This document shows, piece by piece, positions 8,188-19,097 of a stretch of DNA of 64,000 bases. The translations under genes were made by a program, and so were the position numbers. Each line of letters opens with the position of its first letter. Position 1 is the stretch's first letter. The stretch is from Candidatus Woesearchaeota archaeon (GTDB lineage: Archaea; Nanobdellota; Nanobdellia; Pacearchaeales; GW2011-AR1): positions 43,327 through 107,326 of the forward strand of contig CAYHPN010000003.1 of assembly GCA_964358765.1 (NCBI GenBank), written 5' to 3'. The notes below the pieces were generated by a model. That model made no database searches, was not told where the DNA came from, and saw only the letters and a list, made by a program, of their open reading frames with translations.

Positions 8188-9713
8188 ATGGGAAAAGAAA
8201 TTAACGACCGGCCCTACATTCTGCAAGCATCTTTAGAAATGGCATCAATACCTACATCTGATGCTCAAAAAGTAGACGCATCTGGATTTAAAAGATTTTA
8301 TTTTGATTCCCAAAGAAAATTGGCTAAGAAAGGAGGTCTTGGAGATGTTGTAACTTCTTTAGCTATTTCGCTTAGGAGTTTAGGAGTAAACATTGGAGTG
8401 GCTCTTCCTAATTGGTCATCCTTATTTGATAAAGAATTAGCTGAGAGGGTGGAGAGAGAGAGGCAGGAGAATTAGAACAAGCGGGAGTTCATCATTGGGA
8501 CAATCATTTATTTCTTATAAAAGATCAAATTTTTGAAAGAGCGTCAAATCTTGAAGACATTTATGGAAAAGACAAGGCGATGCAAAGTTTAATTTTTCAA
8601 AGAGAAGTGCTGAGTAATATAATTCCAAGTTGCAATCCCTCACTAATACAAACTCATGATTGGATGACTGGTTTAATTCCTCCATTAGTTAGTAAAAATA
8701 TCAAGACACTTCACACTGTTCATAATACTCATAGTTTTTATTCAACTCTTGAAGATCTAGAAAATGCAGGTCTTTCTGTGAAGACAGAAAAATTTTATAA
8801 AGATGTTCCTTGGGGAAACATTGTTGATTTTCAAATGAGCGGAATTTATGGTTCTGATCACATTGCTTTAGTAAGTGAAAATTGGCTTGAGGAATTAATT
8901 GAAGGAAAAGGCATAAATGGTTCTCCTAAAGATTTCTGCCAGAATGTTAGAAAAAAAGCCTTAGATGGAAAAGCCAGAGGGATATTAAATGCTCCTGATC
9001 CTTCATATATGCCTGAAATTGATAAATCTCTTGCTGTAAATTTTTCAAATGATAATAATATGTGTCTGGCAAAATTGGAAAATAAAATAAAGTTTCAAAA
9101 TACTTTTGATCTCAATGTAGACTCTTCTTCTGCTCTAATTGTATGGAATAACAGACTTGATGATTATCAAAAAGGGGTGCAACATCTTGACAACGCTCTT
9201 GCAGAATTGATGAGGCTCCACCATAATTTACAAATAGCAATTGTTGCAGATGGCCCATATAAAGAAAAGCTACAGTCAAAAATATCCAAAATAAATGAAG
9301 AATATAATGGAAGGGTAGTTCTTCATCCTTTTAGTGATTATATGGAAAGATTTGGTTACGGTGCAGCAGATGGATTGCTCAACTGCTCTAAATTTGCTCC
9401 ATGTGAAATGGTTCAACTTAAAGGCCCAAAATATGGAGTCATTCCAATCGTAAGAGGTATTGGGGGATTAGTTGACAGTGTATTTCATATTAATGGCAAT
9501 GAAGGAAATGGAATAGTTTTTAATGATTATGATTCAAATGCAATTATTTGGGGAGTAAATAATTTTATGGAGATTTTCAATAATAAACCCAGATTTAAAG
9601 AGACACAAAAAAGAATAAAAAAATATGCAGATAAAAATTTCTCAGTTGAAGCGATGGCTAGAAGATGTATTAATTATTATGAATATATCTTAGATAGAAA
9701 TATTACCGAGTAA
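8188..9713 (+). pseudogene. glgA: Glycogen/starch synthase (GT5), frameshifted at a (GA)5 tract
   Basis: KKGGLGDV in the first ORF; HDWMTG, TVHN, RLDDYQKG, PCEMVQL and GGLVDSV in the second; downstream frame open from 8445. Confidence 0.8.
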
Positions 9714-9799
9714 TTAATCATGAGCTATCAAATAGAAAAATAAAGAAGTATAAAGTCTACTTCATACAATTTAAATACCTTTAAGACTAAAAAAAATTT

Positions 9800-10603
9800 A
9801 TGAAGGAAGAAAACATAATAGAAGTAAAAAATCTAACAAAAAATTTTAAAAATATTAAAGCAGTAAATAATATTTCTTTTAGTGTTAAGAAAGGGGAAAT
9901 ATTTGCTTTCCTTGGACCCAATGGAGCAGGGAAATCTACAACGATAAAAATGTTAACAACACTTCTTCATCCAACTTCTGGAGATATAAAAGTTAATAGT
10001 TTTAATCCTTCTAAAAACTCTAACGAGGTGAGAAAATCAATAGGGATTGTATTTCAGGATCCTTCATTAGATAATGAGCTTACAGCTTTAGAAAATTTAG
10101 AATTCCATGCAATTTTATATAAGGTAGAAAAATCAAAAAGAAATGAAATAATTCCAGAGTTATTGAAATTTGTTGGTTTATATGATAGAAAAGATGATTA
10201 TGTGAAGACCTTTTCAGGAGGAATGAAAAGGCGTCTAGAAATTGCCAGAGGTTTAATTCATCATCCGAAAATTCTTTTCCTTGATGAGCCAACTTTAGGA
10301 TTAGATCCACAAACTAGAAATCATTTATGGGAATATGTAAAAAAATACAATAAAAAAGAAAAGATGACTGTTTTTCTTACAACGCATTACATGGAAGAGG
10401 CAGAAAATATTGCAGATACTATCGCAATTATAGATCATGGAAAGATAATAGCAAAAGGCACTGCAAAAGAATTAATGAAATTAACAAAAACTGATTCTTT
10501 AGAAAAGGCTTTTCTTAAATTAACCGAGCATAGAATAAGAGAAGAAGCAGGTTCTGCAAAAGATCGTCTTAAAGATCAAGCAAGAATGTGGGGTAGAAGA
10601 TGA
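9800..10603 (+). CDS. ABC-2 exporter ATPase (DrrA/NodI-like)
   Basis: GPNGAGKS, FSGGMKRR, LFLDEPT, TTHYMEEA. Confidence 0.93.
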   Translation: MKEENIIEVKNLTKNFKNIKAVNNISFSVKKGEIFAFLGPNGAGKSTTIKMLTTLLHPTSGDIKVNSFNPSKNSNEVRKSIGIVFQDPSLDNELTALENLEFHAILYKVEKSKRNEIIPELLKFVGLYDRKDDYVKTFSGGMKRRLEIARGLIHHPKILFLDEPTLGLDPQTRNHLWEYVKKYNKKEKMTVFLTTHYMEEAENIADTIAIIDHGKIIAKGTAKELMKLTKTDSLEKAFLKLTEHRIREEAGSAKDRLKDQARMWGRR

Positions 10604-10731
10604 AATGTAAATACTTTGTTTTTGATATTTTAAAAAACAGACATAGTACAATTTCTGAAAATTTTGAATTTACTTCAAAATTTAAAGCTAGCATAATTAA
10701 ATTTTTAATGAAAAATTTTGGTGAACTATGA
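10600..10731 (+). other. Hairpin-rich 128-bp spacer carrying a 43-codon ORF coupled to both ABC genes
   Basis: ATGA overlaps at both ends; 10-bp perfect hairpin at 10659-10683 with TTTAC loop. Confidence 0.4.
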
Positions 10732-11471
10732 GTGCAATTTATGTTATGTGGCTAAGGCAGATAAAAAGATACTGGAGAAGCAAATCCAGAATGATTGGTG
10801 CCTTAGGACAACCATTATTATTTCTTTTTGCATTAGGTTTAGGATTCGGCCCAATATTTGAGCAAGCAGGTGCAGGCAATTATATTCAATTCCTTGCTCC
10901 TGGAGTAATTGCAATGACTATTCTTTTTACTGCTATGTTTTCAGGCATTGAAGTTATTTGGGAAAGGCAGATTGGATTCATAAAAGAAACCTTGGTAGCT
11001 CCAATAAAAAGATCGCATATTATGATAGGAAGAACTCTTGGAGGAGCAACTATTGCTATATTTCAAGGCTTAATAGTATTTGTTTTTACATTAATTGCTG
11101 GATTTAGACCCAACTTTTCTTCAATTCCTTTAGCTCTCTTATTTATGTTTTTAATTGCATGCTTGTTTACAGCAATAGGAATTGCCTTAGCTTCAAAATT
11201 GGAGGACATGCAAGCATTTCCAATAATAATAAATTTTATAATAATGCCTATTTTCTTCCTCTCAGGTTCAATTTTTCCTTTAGATAGTGCTCCGAAATTT
11301 CTTAAAACTGTTGCACAATTCAACCCTTTAACATATGGAATAGATGGAATTCGAGGTGCATTGACAGGTGCAAATCATTTTTCTATGTTGGGCGATTTTC
11401 TAATTATAGCTATATTAACTTTGATCGCAATTGCACTAGGAAGTTATTTATTTAAGAAAGTTGAGGCTTAG
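10728..11471 (+). CDS. ABC-2 exporter permease
   Basis: FLAPGVIAM, ERQIGFIKETLVAP, FLSGSIFP, NPLTYGIDGIR. Confidence 0.92.
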   Translation: MSAIYVMWLRQIKRYWRSKSRMIGALGQPLLFLFALGLGFGPIFEQAGAGNYIQFLAPGVIAMTILFTAMFSGIEVIWERQIGFIKETLVAPIKRSHIMIGRTLGGATIAIFQGLIVFVFTLIAGFRPNFSSIPLALLFMFLIACLFTAIGIALASKLEDMQAFPIIINFIIMPIFFLSGSIFPLDSAPKFLKTVAQFNPLTYGIDGIRGALTGANHFSMLGDFLIIAILTLIAIALGSYLFKKVEA

Positions 11472-11534
11472 AAAGCGTATTTTCAAAAAACAAAACTCTA
11501 TATAATTTAAAAACCCCATTTATCTAAAGAAAAA

Positions 11535-13814
11535 ATGGCAGTTGAATCATTCCTTAATCCTAGCGATGTCAAATTAACTGTTGAAAAGACAGTTAAAAGA
11601 AAACCCTCAATAGCAGAGCTTACAACTATTGAATCTCCTGGCAAACCAACCTCGGCAGATCAATTAGAAGAAAAGCCAAAAAAACCTAAAAAGAAAAGAG
11701 CAATAAAAAAAGAAAGTAATGAACCATCAAGTATAGAATATGATAAGAATACAATTTTAATAATTACAGAAAAACCTCAGGCTGCAGAAAAAATAGCAAA
11801 TTCTTTAGGTAAAACAAGAAAAATTTCTGAAGGAGGAGTATCTTATTTTCAGCTAGAAAGAAATGGAAAAATAATTAGGGTTGCCTCCGCTGTTGGTCAT
11901 TTATTTGGCCTAGATTATAAAGAAGGACAAAAGGGCTGGCCTATTTTTGAAATAGAATGGCGTCCATCTTATGAAAAAGAAAAATCTTTCTTTACAAAAA
12001 AATACTATTCTCTACTCAAAAAACTATCGAGAGATTCTGGGGAGATAGTTTTAGCATGCGACTATGATATAGAAGGGGAAGTCATAGGATGGAACGTCTT
12101 AAGATTTATTTGCCATAGGACTACAGCAAAAAGAATGAAATATTCTACTTTAACAAAAGATGAATTAATTAAATCTTATGAAAATTTAATGCCTAATCCT
12201 GATTGGGGAATGGCTTATGCTGGTGAAACAAGACATATTCTTGATTGGATGTATGGAATAAATCTCTCGAGAGCTTTAATGTCTGCTATAAAAATGGCTG
12301 GTTCATTTAAAATTCTCTCTATCGGAAGAGTGCAGGGACCAGCGTTAAAGATTATAGTAGATAAAGAACATGAAATTTCAAAATTTATTTCAGAACCCTA
12401 CTGGCAAGTTCTAGCTATGATAAATGGGCATGAATTCAAACATTCCAAAGATATTTTTGATAAATCGCAATTAGATAAATTCAAAAATATTAAAGAAGGT
12501 CATGGAGAAACCAAAGAAAATAATGAAAATATTCTTCCACCACATCCTTTTGATCTTACAACTTTACAAAGAGAGGCATATAACTTGCATAAAATAAGCC
12601 CTTCTCAATCTCTCTCAATTGCTCAAAAACTCTATCTTCAAGGATTAATTTCTTATCCAAGAACTTCATCCCAAAAAATACCCGATAGTATTGAACCAAA
12701 AAAGATATTAAAAAGTTTAGAAAAGAATTTTTCACTTGCAAAGGAAATTACACGTTCCTCTCCAGTTGAAGGAAAAAAATCTGATCCTGCACACCCTTCA
12801 ATTTATCCAACAGGAGAATTTGCTATACTAGAAGATCAAGAAAAAAAACTCTATGAATTAATTGTAAAACGTTTTATTAGCGTTTTTTCTGCGGATGCCG
12901 AAGTATTGAATAAAAAAGTAAATGTTAAAGCAAAGAATGATCCGAATATTGAATTTAGAGCGTCTGGATTAAAAATATTAAAAGAAGGATGGTCAAAAGT
13001 TTACCCTTCATTTCTAGAAGAAAGCAATGTTCCAACATTAAACGGCATTGTTAAAATAGATGAAATAAAATTCTTGGATAAAATGACACAACCACCTAAA
13101 AGATATACTCCTGCTTCATTAATAACATTGTTAGAAAAGATTAATCTTGGTACGAAAGCTACAAGATCTTCTATTGTGGATACATTATTTGATAGAGGAT
13201 ATTTAGATGGAAAAAGTATAGAAGCTACACCGTTAGGGATAAAATTAATAGAATCTTTAGAAAAATATTCTCCAATTATAATTGATGAAAATTTAACACG
13301 AGTTTTAGAAGACGAAATGGAAAAAATTCAAGATAGTAAATCTGATTTAGAAAAAATGGAAAAAATTGTAATTGAAAGAGCAAAGAAAATAATTATTGAC
13401 ATCTCAAAAGAATTTAAGGTCAATGAAAAAAAGATAGGAGAAGAAATACTTAAAGGTATCCAAGTGCAAAGAGAAATACAACAGCAAAATAATATTCTTA
13501 CTCCTTGCACACTATGCAAAAAAGGAAATTTAAGACTAATGTTTTCTCCAAAATTGAGGAGATCTTTTGTTGGATGTTCAAATTATCCAGAATGCAAGAA
13601 TACATTTTCTCTTCCCCCCAATTCATTAATTAAAAAATCAGATAAATTCTGTGAAGAATGCAAATTTCCTAAACTTCTTTCGATTAAAAAAGGCAAACGT
13701 CCTTGGGAATTTTGTTTTAATAAAGACTGTGTTATTAATAAGCAGCGTTTAGAAGAATGGAAGCAGAAGCAAGCTCAAACTCAGCCCCAGGTTTCAGAGT
13801 CTAATGAGAGTTAA
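11535..13814 (+). CDS. topA: Type IA DNA topoisomerase
   Basis: TOPRIM ITEKP/DYDIEGE, SIGRVQ, ISYPRT active-site Tyr, C-terminal Zn ribbons. Confidence 0.95.
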   Translation: MAVESFLNPSDVKLTVEKTVKRKPSIAELTTIESPGKPTSADQLEEKPKKPKKKRAIKKESNEPSSIEYDKNTILIITEKPQAAEKIANSLGKTRKISEGGVSYFQLERNGKIIRVASAVGHLFGLDYKEGQKGWPIFEIEWRPSYEKEKSFFTKKYYSLLKKLSRDSGEIVLACDYDIEGEVIGWNVLRFICHRTTAKRMKYSTLTKDELIKSYENLMPNPDWGMAYAGETRHILDWMYGINLSRALMSAIKMAGSFKILSIGRVQGPALKIIVDKEHEISKFISEPYWQVLAMINGHEFKHSKDIFDKSQLDKFKNIKEGHGETKENNENILPPHPFDLTTLQREAYNLHKISPSQSLSIAQKLYLQGLISYPRTSSQKIPDSIEPKKILKSLEKNFSLAKEITRSSPVEGKKSDPAHPSIYPTGEFAILEDQEKKLYELIVKRFISVFSADAEVLNKKVNVKAKNDPNIEFRASGLKILKEGWSKVYPSFLEESNVPTLNGIVKIDEIKFLDKMTQPPKRYTPASLITLLEKINLGTKATRSSIVDTLFDRGYLDGKSIEATPLGIKLIESLEKYSPIIIDENLTRVLEDEMEKIQDSKSDLEKMEKIVIERAKKIIIDISKEFKVNEKKIGEEILKGIQVQREIQQQNNILTPCTLCKKGNLRLMFSPKLRRSFVGCSNYPECKNTFSLPPNSLIKKSDKFCEECKFPKLLSIKKGKRPWEFCFNKDCVINKQRLEEWKQKQAQTQPQVSESNES

Positions 13815-14914
13815 CCATTCAAAGATAATTCAGAATCTCCGCTAATGATTAAATCAATTAAATTTGATTTTTTACTTGTAAGATGACTTGTTTGCTTTAA
13901 CCAGTCACCAAAAGTTTGGTCTATTTGTATAAAGGTTCCTATTTGCTCATTTTCTCGGCTCATGATAGGAGTTGAATAGATAGTGCCGTAATGTTCTTTC
14001 CCAGTATTGTCTTTATATTTTATTTTACTTCTATCTCTTCCATCTTTAATGGAACAGGCAATATAAGGAACCTTAATTTTATACAAATCATTTTCATTCA
14101 TCCCATTAACTTCTAAAAATCTGGGTGTAGCATATATGGGTTCTAATCTTCTATTTAAGATGATACCAACAGTTTTGGATAGTGATGTTTTTTGTCCTAG
14201 TTCTTTAAATAAAAATGAAGCAAACCCATAGCTATCTTCAGTAATTTCTTTTTTATTTCTTTCTAAAGCTCCTTGTAAGAAAACTTGCTGTTTTTCAGCA
14301 ACGTCCGCTCTTCTAAGATGATTATCTATAGACTTTCCAAGAGCCTCTTCATATAATTTAAGGTCTTCTCTATAACCCAAAGTTAATTCTATTTGTTTTT
14401 TTTCAAAATCTCTGATTAAATCATTTTCTTTTTTGTTTACTCTTTCTTCAAATCTATTCTCAAGAATTCTTGCTCTTTCTCTAGATAATTTTAAATATTC
14501 AACAGCGGTTTGGATATGCCTTTGATAAAATAACTTAGTATCTTTAATTTGTGCATTTAATTTAGTTTCTCTTTCTTTAGATTCCCCTATTTCACTAACT
14601 AATCTTTCGTTTTCTCCACTTAATCTATCTCTATCTAAATTTGTTTCATTTAATGCTCTTTCATTACTTTCGTATCTATTTTGATAATCTTTTGATATGC
14701 CAGTTGTTAATTCAGTATCTACTTTTGCTACCACTAATCTTCTTTCCAGTTCACTATTTGAATCAACTAATCCAGAGATTCTTAGCTCATAAAAATCTCT
14801 TTCTCTTTTCCTATCATCTTCAACTATATCGCTTGGTAAAGCATTAGCTACCCATTTAACAATATTATATTTTCTTGCAAATTTGTTATCTAATATCCAT
14901 CTTAATATTCCCAT
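13811..14914 (-). CDS. Coiled-coil hypothetical protein, possibly PAS-like C-terminal domain
   Basis: Heptad-rich N-terminal half; C-terminal IILN...YATPRFLEVNG...TPIM..N.Q.GTF pattern. Confidence 0.55.
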   Translation of the reverse strand: MGILRWILDNKFARKYNIVKWVANALPSDIVEDDRKRERDFYELRISGLVDSNSELERRLVVAKVDTELTTGISKDYQNRYESNERALNETNLDRDRLSGENERLVSEIGESKERETKLNAQIKDTKLFYQRHIQTAVEYLKLSRERARILENRFEERVNKKENDLIRDFEKKQIELTLGYREDLKLYEEALGKSIDNHLRRADVAEKQQVFLQGALERNKKEITEDSYGFASFLFKELGQKTSLSKTVGIILNRRLEPIYATPRFLEVNGMNENDLYKIKVPYIACSIKDGRDRSKIKYKDNTGKEHYGTIYSTPIMSRENEQIGTFIQIDQTFGDWLKQTSHLTSKKSNLIDLIISGDSELSLNG

Positions 14915-14974
14915 TTTTCTTTAAAATTTAGAAATAATCTCATTTATTAACCTTTCTCATTATCTAAAATATAC

Positions 14975-15421
14975 TTAGAAATCAAGATAGAAGCGGATAC
15001 TATCATAATTTTTTTTCTCATCCATCTTTAAAGATCTATTTACTGAAATACATGGCAAGTTATTGATGCTGACGTCTGAGAATATTCTCTTAACATTTTC
15101 TTCTTTTATACATTCAATGACTTTCTTTTTAAACTCTTTATAATGTCCTTTATTTCTATAATCACTTAAAATATAAGCATCGTGAATCTCTGCTTCTTCG
15201 CCTTCAACTTTGAGTCCTTTTAGAAACTGCCTTTTATATACATAAATATAACCAAATAATTTTTTATCTATTAAAGAGAGAAAAAATAAATTCTTTTCAT
15301 CTAAACTTGACATAACTTCTTTATTGTAATAAGGCTTATTTTCTTCAATTTCTCTTTTCATAATAAGAGACAGAAAATCTTCTAAATCTGAATTATTATA
15401 TTTTTTTATAATTAAAGCCAT
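14975..15421 (-). CDS. GNAT family acetyltransferase
   Basis: YILSDYRNKGH acetyl-CoA motif A variant, N.P in motif B. Confidence 0.75.
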   Translation of the reverse strand: MALIIKKYNNSDLEDFLSLIMKREIEENKPYYNKEVMSSLDEKNLFFLSLIDKKLFGYIYVYKRQFLKGLKVEGEEAEIHDAYILSDYRNKGHYKEFKKKVIECIKEENVKRIFSDVSINNLPCISVNRSLKMDEKKNYDSIRFYLDF

Positions 15422-15429
15422 ATTAAGAA

Positions 15430-16005
15430 TTACTTGCCTTTTCTATTCCAAGATCTTAGAGAAGGTCTTACTTTAAGATTGTGACTCTTACTTCTTAAGC
15501 CTCTAGATTTTCTTGCAGCTGAAGTTAATCCTCTTTCTGCTCTTCCTTTATTTTGTTCTTTAGCAATCCAATTCAATATTTTATCGTTTTTTATTTCTGG
15601 CCTTTGAGGATCTACCATTATAACTTCAAAATAATAATATTTTCCGTCTTTTCCAATCCAGTAGGAATTTAAAATTTCTAAATTATTGTGTTTTCTGGAA
15701 GCTCTTATTTCAGCAACCCAACGATAACTCATCTTTAGTGTTTTTCTATTTGTCTGTTTCCTTGATTTTCTTCCTTTGACTCCCATTCTTGTTCTTTTTC
15801 TTCCTCCCCTCTTAACTCTTACCCTATAAACTATAATTCCTTTCTTTGCCTTATATCCAAGCATTCTAGCCTTGTCTAGTCTAAGAGGCTTCTCTACTTG
15901 TACGACAGAATCAGAAGCTCTCCATTCAACCATTCTAAGTCTTAAAGTTTCTTTATCGGGTTTTTTCCATGCCTGCTTAATATAGTGATACATTCCTTGT
16001 GTCAT
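15430..16005 (-). CDS. rpl15e: 50S ribosomal protein L15e
   Basis: RLDKARMLGYKAKKG, LNSYWIGKDGKYYYFEVI, RGLTSA. Confidence 0.96.
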   Translation of the reverse strand: MTQGMYHYIKQAWKKPDKETLRLRMVEWRASDSVVQVEKPLRLDKARMLGYKAKKGIIVYRVRVKRGGRKRTRMGVKGRKSRKQTNRKTLKMSYRWVAEIRASRKHNNLEILNSYWIGKDGKYYYFEVIMVDPQRPEIKNDKILNWIAKEQNKGRAERGLTSAARKSRGLRSKSHNLKVRPSLRSWNRKGK

Positions 16006-16096
16006 TTTTAATTCAGATAAAAGTGGTTTTTAAATCTTCCCACGAATTATTTCATTGCGTAGAAATCGTTAAATACTCTAAATTCTAACAATACAC

Positions 16097-16303
16097 ATGG
16101 TGGCATCATTAGACACACCTTTTGAAACAGATATTAGAGTTCTTCTCAGACATTCAGATAGAAAATTGCCTTCCCTAAAAACAATAAAACCATATAACGT
16201 ATGGGAAGATTCTGATTCAGAAGAAAGGGAAGAAATAAGCAGATATTGGGGTAGATCAATGGGTTACAACGCAGAATTTGATAATTATGCTACAATAAAT
16301 TGA
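16097..16303 (+). CDS. Small hypothetical protein
   Basis: 68-aa ORF with upstream TTAAATA box. Confidence 0.45.
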   Translation: MVASLDTPFETDIRVLLRHSDRKLPSLKTIKPYNVWEDSDSEEREEISRYWGRSMGYNAEFDNYATIN

Positions 16304-16380
16304 AACTAATTTTTTTATTATAATTTCATAGATAAAACTTATCCACTAACATTTTTATACCCCTCAAGGTTTGATTTTTA

Positions 16381-17835
16381 ATGAAAAACAAAAATACGTT
16401 TTATGTTACAACTCCAATATATTATCCTAATGATGTTCCTCATTTAGGGCATGCGTACACGACTATAGCGGCAGATATAATGGCAAGATGGTATAAACTC
16501 TTAGGAAAGAATGTTTTCTTTCTTACTGGAACTGATGAACATGGAAAGAAAATTGCAAAAGTAGCTGAAAAAGCAGGTCAAACTCCGAAAGAATTTACTG
16601 ATAGTTTAATTCCAAAATTTAAAGAAGACTGGGAAAAATTAAACATTCAATATGATAGATTTATCAGAACAACAGATAAAGACCATGAAAATGTAGTTGC
16701 GCACATTTTACAGCAAACGTTTGATGCGGGAGATATTTATAAGGGCGTATATGAAGGCCTATATTGTACAGATTGCGAAGCATATTACACTGAGAAAGAT
16801 GCTCCGACAATACAGTGTCCAATTCATAAGAGGCCTTTAGAAAATTTAAAAGAAGAATCTTATTTCTTTAAACTCTCAAAATATCAAAATTATCTTTTAG
16901 AGTTATACGAAAAAAATCCTGGGTTTATCTCTCCTCCAAAAAGAAGACAAGAAATAATTAATCGTGTTAAGGAGGGACTAAAAGATTTCAGTATCTCTAG
17001 AACTTCTTTTAATTGGGGGATTCCTTTACCCTTTGATAAAAAACATTATTGCTATGTCTGGTATGATGCACTCATCAACTATATTTCAGGATTAGGTTAT
17101 TTAGAAAACAAAAATATGTTTAAAAAATTCTGGCCTGCCCAGGTTCATTTGATCGGAAAAGATATTCTCTGGTTTCACTCAGTATATTGGCCAGCAATGT
17201 TAAAAAGCGTCGGAATTGAAATGCCTAAAGTAGTTTTTGCTCATGGTTTTTGGACAATCAATGATGAAAAAATAGGAAAGTCCGCAGGGAATGCAATAAA
17301 AATCGATAAATTACTCAGTTACGCAGGAGCAGACACAGTTCGTTATGCATTATTTAGAATCGCTCCTTTTGGAGATGATGGAGATTTCTCTGAAAGCGCA
17401 CTCATTGAACGCCATAATAATGAACTGGCAAATAAACTAGGAAATTTAGTCAGCAGAGTTTCTACACTAGCGGAAAAATATGGAGTGGAGAAAACAGAAA
17501 TAAAAGATATATTATTCAAAAAAGTTTACAAATCAGTAGAAAAGCACTTTGAGAATCTGGAATTTGACAAAGCACTCAACGAAATTTTCGGCTTTATCGA
17601 TCAATGCAACGAATATATTCAAGATAAAAAGCCTTGGGAAAGTAAAGACACTAAAATTCTCTATGAATTAGCAAATGCAATTAAAGACTTTACAATTATT
17701 TTGTCTCCTTTTATACCTCAAACTTGTGAGAAAATTGCAAAGACTTTTAATTTTGAGATATCTATTAAATCTCTAGACCATCCTTTGAAAGTCAGCAAGA
17801 TTTCCAAGTCAGAGATATTATTTAAGAAGATTTAG
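16381..17835 (+). CDS. metG: Methionyl-tRNA synthetase (short, bacterial-like; KIGKS variant of KMSKS)
   Basis: YVTTPIYYPN..PHLGH, GTDEHG, YVWYDAL, GKDILWFH. Confidence 0.95.
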   Translation: MKNKNTFYVTTPIYYPNDVPHLGHAYTTIAADIMARWYKLLGKNVFFLTGTDEHGKKIAKVAEKAGQTPKEFTDSLIPKFKEDWEKLNIQYDRFIRTTDKDHENVVAHILQQTFDAGDIYKGVYEGLYCTDCEAYYTEKDAPTIQCPIHKRPLENLKEESYFFKLSKYQNYLLELYEKNPGFISPPKRRQEIINRVKEGLKDFSISRTSFNWGIPLPFDKKHYCYVWYDALINYISGLGYLENKNMFKKFWPAQVHLIGKDILWFHSVYWPAMLKSVGIEMPKVVFAHGFWTINDEKIGKSAGNAIKIDKLLSYAGADTVRYALFRIAPFGDDGDFSESALIERHNNELANKLGNLVSRVSTLAEKYGVEKTEIKDILFKKVYKSVEKHFENLEFDKALNEIFGFIDQCNEYIQDKKPWESKDTKILYELANAIKDFTIILSPFIPQTCEKIAKTFNFEISIKSLDHPLKVSKISKSEILFKKI

Positions 17836-17839
17836 CATT

Positions 17840-18205
17840 TCATTTTTTAACAAATTCTACATTCTCAAAAGACTTAAATCCCTCATCTCCTGTTAAAAAT
17901 TTTACTTTTGATCTTTTTGCAACAATATAACCAACTACATCAGGTATTGAAAGATCTTTATATTGTATTTTTAAATCCATAGCATTAATAATATCATCCC
18001 ACAAAATTCTTACAGTACATTGCTTAAATTTTTTTGTAAAAAAATCTGCTATTTTTTTTGAATGTAATTTTTTTAAATTATAATTCAATTCTGCAATATT
18101 AAATGCCGTAGTAATTGCTTTGGAATCAGTATATTTTTCATATTTCGGATTTCCTCTAATTATCTCGAATAATGCATAAGTGTCAAAGAAATATGTTTCA
18201 CTCAT
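17840..18205 (-). CDS. PIN-domain toxin (VapC-like)
   Basis: FFDTYAL, E, LSIPD, LTGD.GF acidic PIN residues. Confidence 0.88.
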   Translation of the reverse strand: MSETYFFDTYALFEIIRGNPKYEKYTDSKAITTAFNIAELNYNLKKLHSKKIADFFTKKFKQCTVRILWDDIINAMDLKIQYKDLSIPDVVGYIVAKRSKVKFLTGDEGFKSFENVEFVKK

Positions 18206-18419
18206 CCCAGCTTTCTTTATCCCCTTCTTTTAATATTTCCTCAGTTGAACGTTTAAACTTTAATTTACCAAAAGTTTCCTTTAATGGATTTTTTTTCTTA
18301 GTAATCTTAAGTTCAAGAGTCTCATTCTCGATTAAATCAGCTTCTCTAACTTTTTCCATTGGTATAACCACTCCAAATGATCTTCCCCAACGCTTTAATT
18401 GAGCTTCTACTTCTATCAT
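18198..18419 (-). CDS. AbrB/MazE-type antitoxin (VapB-like)
   Basis: KRWGRSFGVVIP swapped-hairpin motif; overlaps the PIN gene. Confidence 0.88.
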   Translation of the reverse strand: MIEVEAQLKRWGRSFGVVIPMEKVREADLIENETLELKITKKKNPLKETFGKLKFKRSTEEILKEGDKESWDE

Positions 18420-18467
18420 GATTATATTGATATAACCAAATATTTAAAGTCTTCTATTTTAACAAAT

Positions 18468-19097
18468 TTAATCCCTCAATTTCTCTATTGATCTCTTCAG
18501 ATTTTCCTTTGCTCTATCTTGATACTTATCCCTAAAATATTCCGTATGATAAATATTTTTCCTGGATAAAAATCCTTCAAGTATCTCTCTTCTCCCTTTT
18601 CTGTAGTCTTTTTCTTCCACCCAAGAATATTCTTTTTTGATATTTTCCTCATATTCATCAAATTCTTCCTCGCTCTTTCCAAATATCGATAAATCAATAT
18701 CCACAATTATCTTTCCATCATTTGTTTTTGGAGTTTGGATATGTTTTGTATCCAAAGTCCAAATTCTGCATTTATCTCCAATACTTTCAAATAATCCATA
18801 TTTTATTAATTCGTCACTGAGTTTTTCCCAGCTCTTTTCCTCATTATCTTTTTTCCTAGAATTATACTCATAATCATGATGCCACCACACTAATTCCAAA
18901 GGTTTTGGATATTCTACTATTCCGACACGATTTGCAAAGTCAAGTTCAACTAATCCATTTCCAATATGATTCAGTACATGATAAAATCTTCCTTGTGCAT
19001 TATAATATCTTTCTAAGCCTTCAAAAGATGGAGCCGTTCTTTGAGAAATACCTAAACTATCCCATAATAATTTCCATCTTTGCTCCAATTTAATCAT
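18468..19097 (-). CDS. HD-superfamily phosphohydrolase (COG4339-like)
   Basis: RFYHVLNHI, WHHDYEY, DNEEKS, DIDLSIFG, A.ENL. Confidence 0.85.
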   Translation of the reverse strand: MIKLEQRWKLLWDSLGISQRTAPSFEGLERYYNAQGRFYHVLNHIGNGLVELDFANRVGIVEYPKPLELVWWHHDYEYNSRKKDNEEKSWEKLSDELIKYGLFESIGDKCRIWTLDTKHIQTPKTNDGKIIVDIDLSIFGKSEEEFDEYEENIKKEYSWVEEKDYRKGRREILEGFLSRKNIYHTEYFRDKYQDRAKENLKRSIEKLRD

